Part shown: positions 26,331 to 26,788 of the stretch, one piece after another | Position numbering within the stretch: the first letter of the stretch is position 1 | How the letters are laid out: every line of letters begins with the position of its first letter | NCBI GenBank assembly: GCA_964658025.1 | Contig: CAZZXB010000024.1 | Coordinates: 1 to 26,788 of the forward strand | Length of the DNA stretch: 26,788 bases | Source of the DNA: an uncultured Janthinobacterium sp. | GTDB taxonomy: Bacteria; Vulcanimicrobiota; Vulcanimicrobiia; Vulcanimicrobiales; Vulcanimicrobiaceae | Direction: 5' to 3' | The notes under the pieces: model-generated | Databases searched by the model: none | Told to the model about the DNA's origin: nothing | Seen by the model: the letters and a program-made list of their open reading frames with translations, nothing else | Position numbers and translations under genes: made by a program

Positions 26331-26657
26331 GTGACCAAAGCCGATCTCATCGACACGCTCGCGGAAGAAATCGACCTCTCGAAACGACAGGTCGGCGAGA
26401 TCGTCGACATGGTGCTCGACGAAATTCGTAACGCGCTCGTAAAGGGCGACAAAGTCCAACTGATCCCGTTCGGGAGCTTCGTCGTCCGCGATCGCGCGAA
26501 GCGCGAGGGTCGTAATCCGAAGACGGGCGAGAAACTGATGATCCCCGCGCGTCGCGTACCGGCGTTCACCGCGGGCAAGGGCCTCCGCGACGCGGTCGGC
26601 GGCGCGAAGAAGCGCAGCGCCGGAAAGACCGCAAAGAAAACCGCCAAGAAGCGCTGA
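26331..26657 (+). CDS. hup: HU family DNA-binding protein with Lys/Ala-rich C-terminal tail
   Basis: MTKADLID, GDKVQLIPFGSF, REGRNPKTGE and VPAFTAGKGLRDAV. GGAG RBS. Confidence 0.95.
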   Translation: MTKADLIDTLAEEIDLSKRQVGEIVDMVLDEIRNALVKGDKVQLIPFGSFVVRDRAKREGRNPKTGEKLMIPARRVPAFTAGKGLRDAVGGAKKRSAGKTAKKTAKKR

Positions 26658-26705
26658 TCGCGCGAAGCGGGGTTTCGCGAGCGCCTTACGAACCGCTTCC
26701 TCTCG

Positions 26706-26782
26706 CGGGCAGTGGCGCAGCTTGGTAGCGCACTAGTCTGGGGGACTAGGGGTCGCAGGTTCAAATCCTGTCTGCCCGACCA
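26706..26782 (+). tRNA. tRNA-Pro (anticodon GGG), CCA encoded
   Basis: Acceptor stem CGGGCAG/CTGCCCG, D-arm GCGC..GCGC, anticodon arm CTAGT-CTGGGGG-ACTAG, T-arm GCAGG-TTCAAAT-CCTGT and 3' ACCA. Confidence 0.97.
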
Positions 26783-26788
26783 TTCGAA

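Noticed and set aside
26706..26788. Integrated element at tRNA-Pro
   Set aside because: The window ends 6 nt after the tRNA. No integrase or duplicated 3' end is visible.

Overview
Mostly housekeeping chromosome from a very GC-rich, CpG-rich bacterium. The gene mix (Gram-positive-type LexA boxes, flbD, gatCAB, mutS2, TRAM-RlmD) suggests a Terrabacteria lineage, tentatively Vulcanimicrobiota/Eremiobacterota; this is inference only. Gene order: Gly/Ser-rich gene tail, hppA(-), geranylgeranyl-reductase-family oxidoreductase, fliA, MalT-like STAND-TPR-BTAD regulator, AlkB-family dioxygenase, ftsY-recA-recX, GH125 glycosidase, purA, DUF1440(-), a fliJ-flbD-fliO-CheY-like mini-cluster, a small membrane protein, rlmD, gatCAB, mutS2, tyrS, a small Cys4 protein, hslO(-), aroQ, HU and tRNA-Pro(GGG). 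I saw no mobile element, CRISPR array or clear defence island. The most interesting signals are regulatory. (1) A recurring sigmaH-like AGG(A)-N17/18-(G)AA(C/T) promoter motif precedes many transcription units, often 8-9 nt before the start codon, which suggests leaderless transcripts. (2) Two perfect LexA boxes have a 4-nt spacer that is itself that -35 element; one lies in front of ftsY-recA-recX. (3) HppA lacks one NVGD copy of its conserved DNVGDNVGD motif. (4) rlmD probably starts at CTG. (5) The HIP1-like octamer GCGATCGC is frequent.
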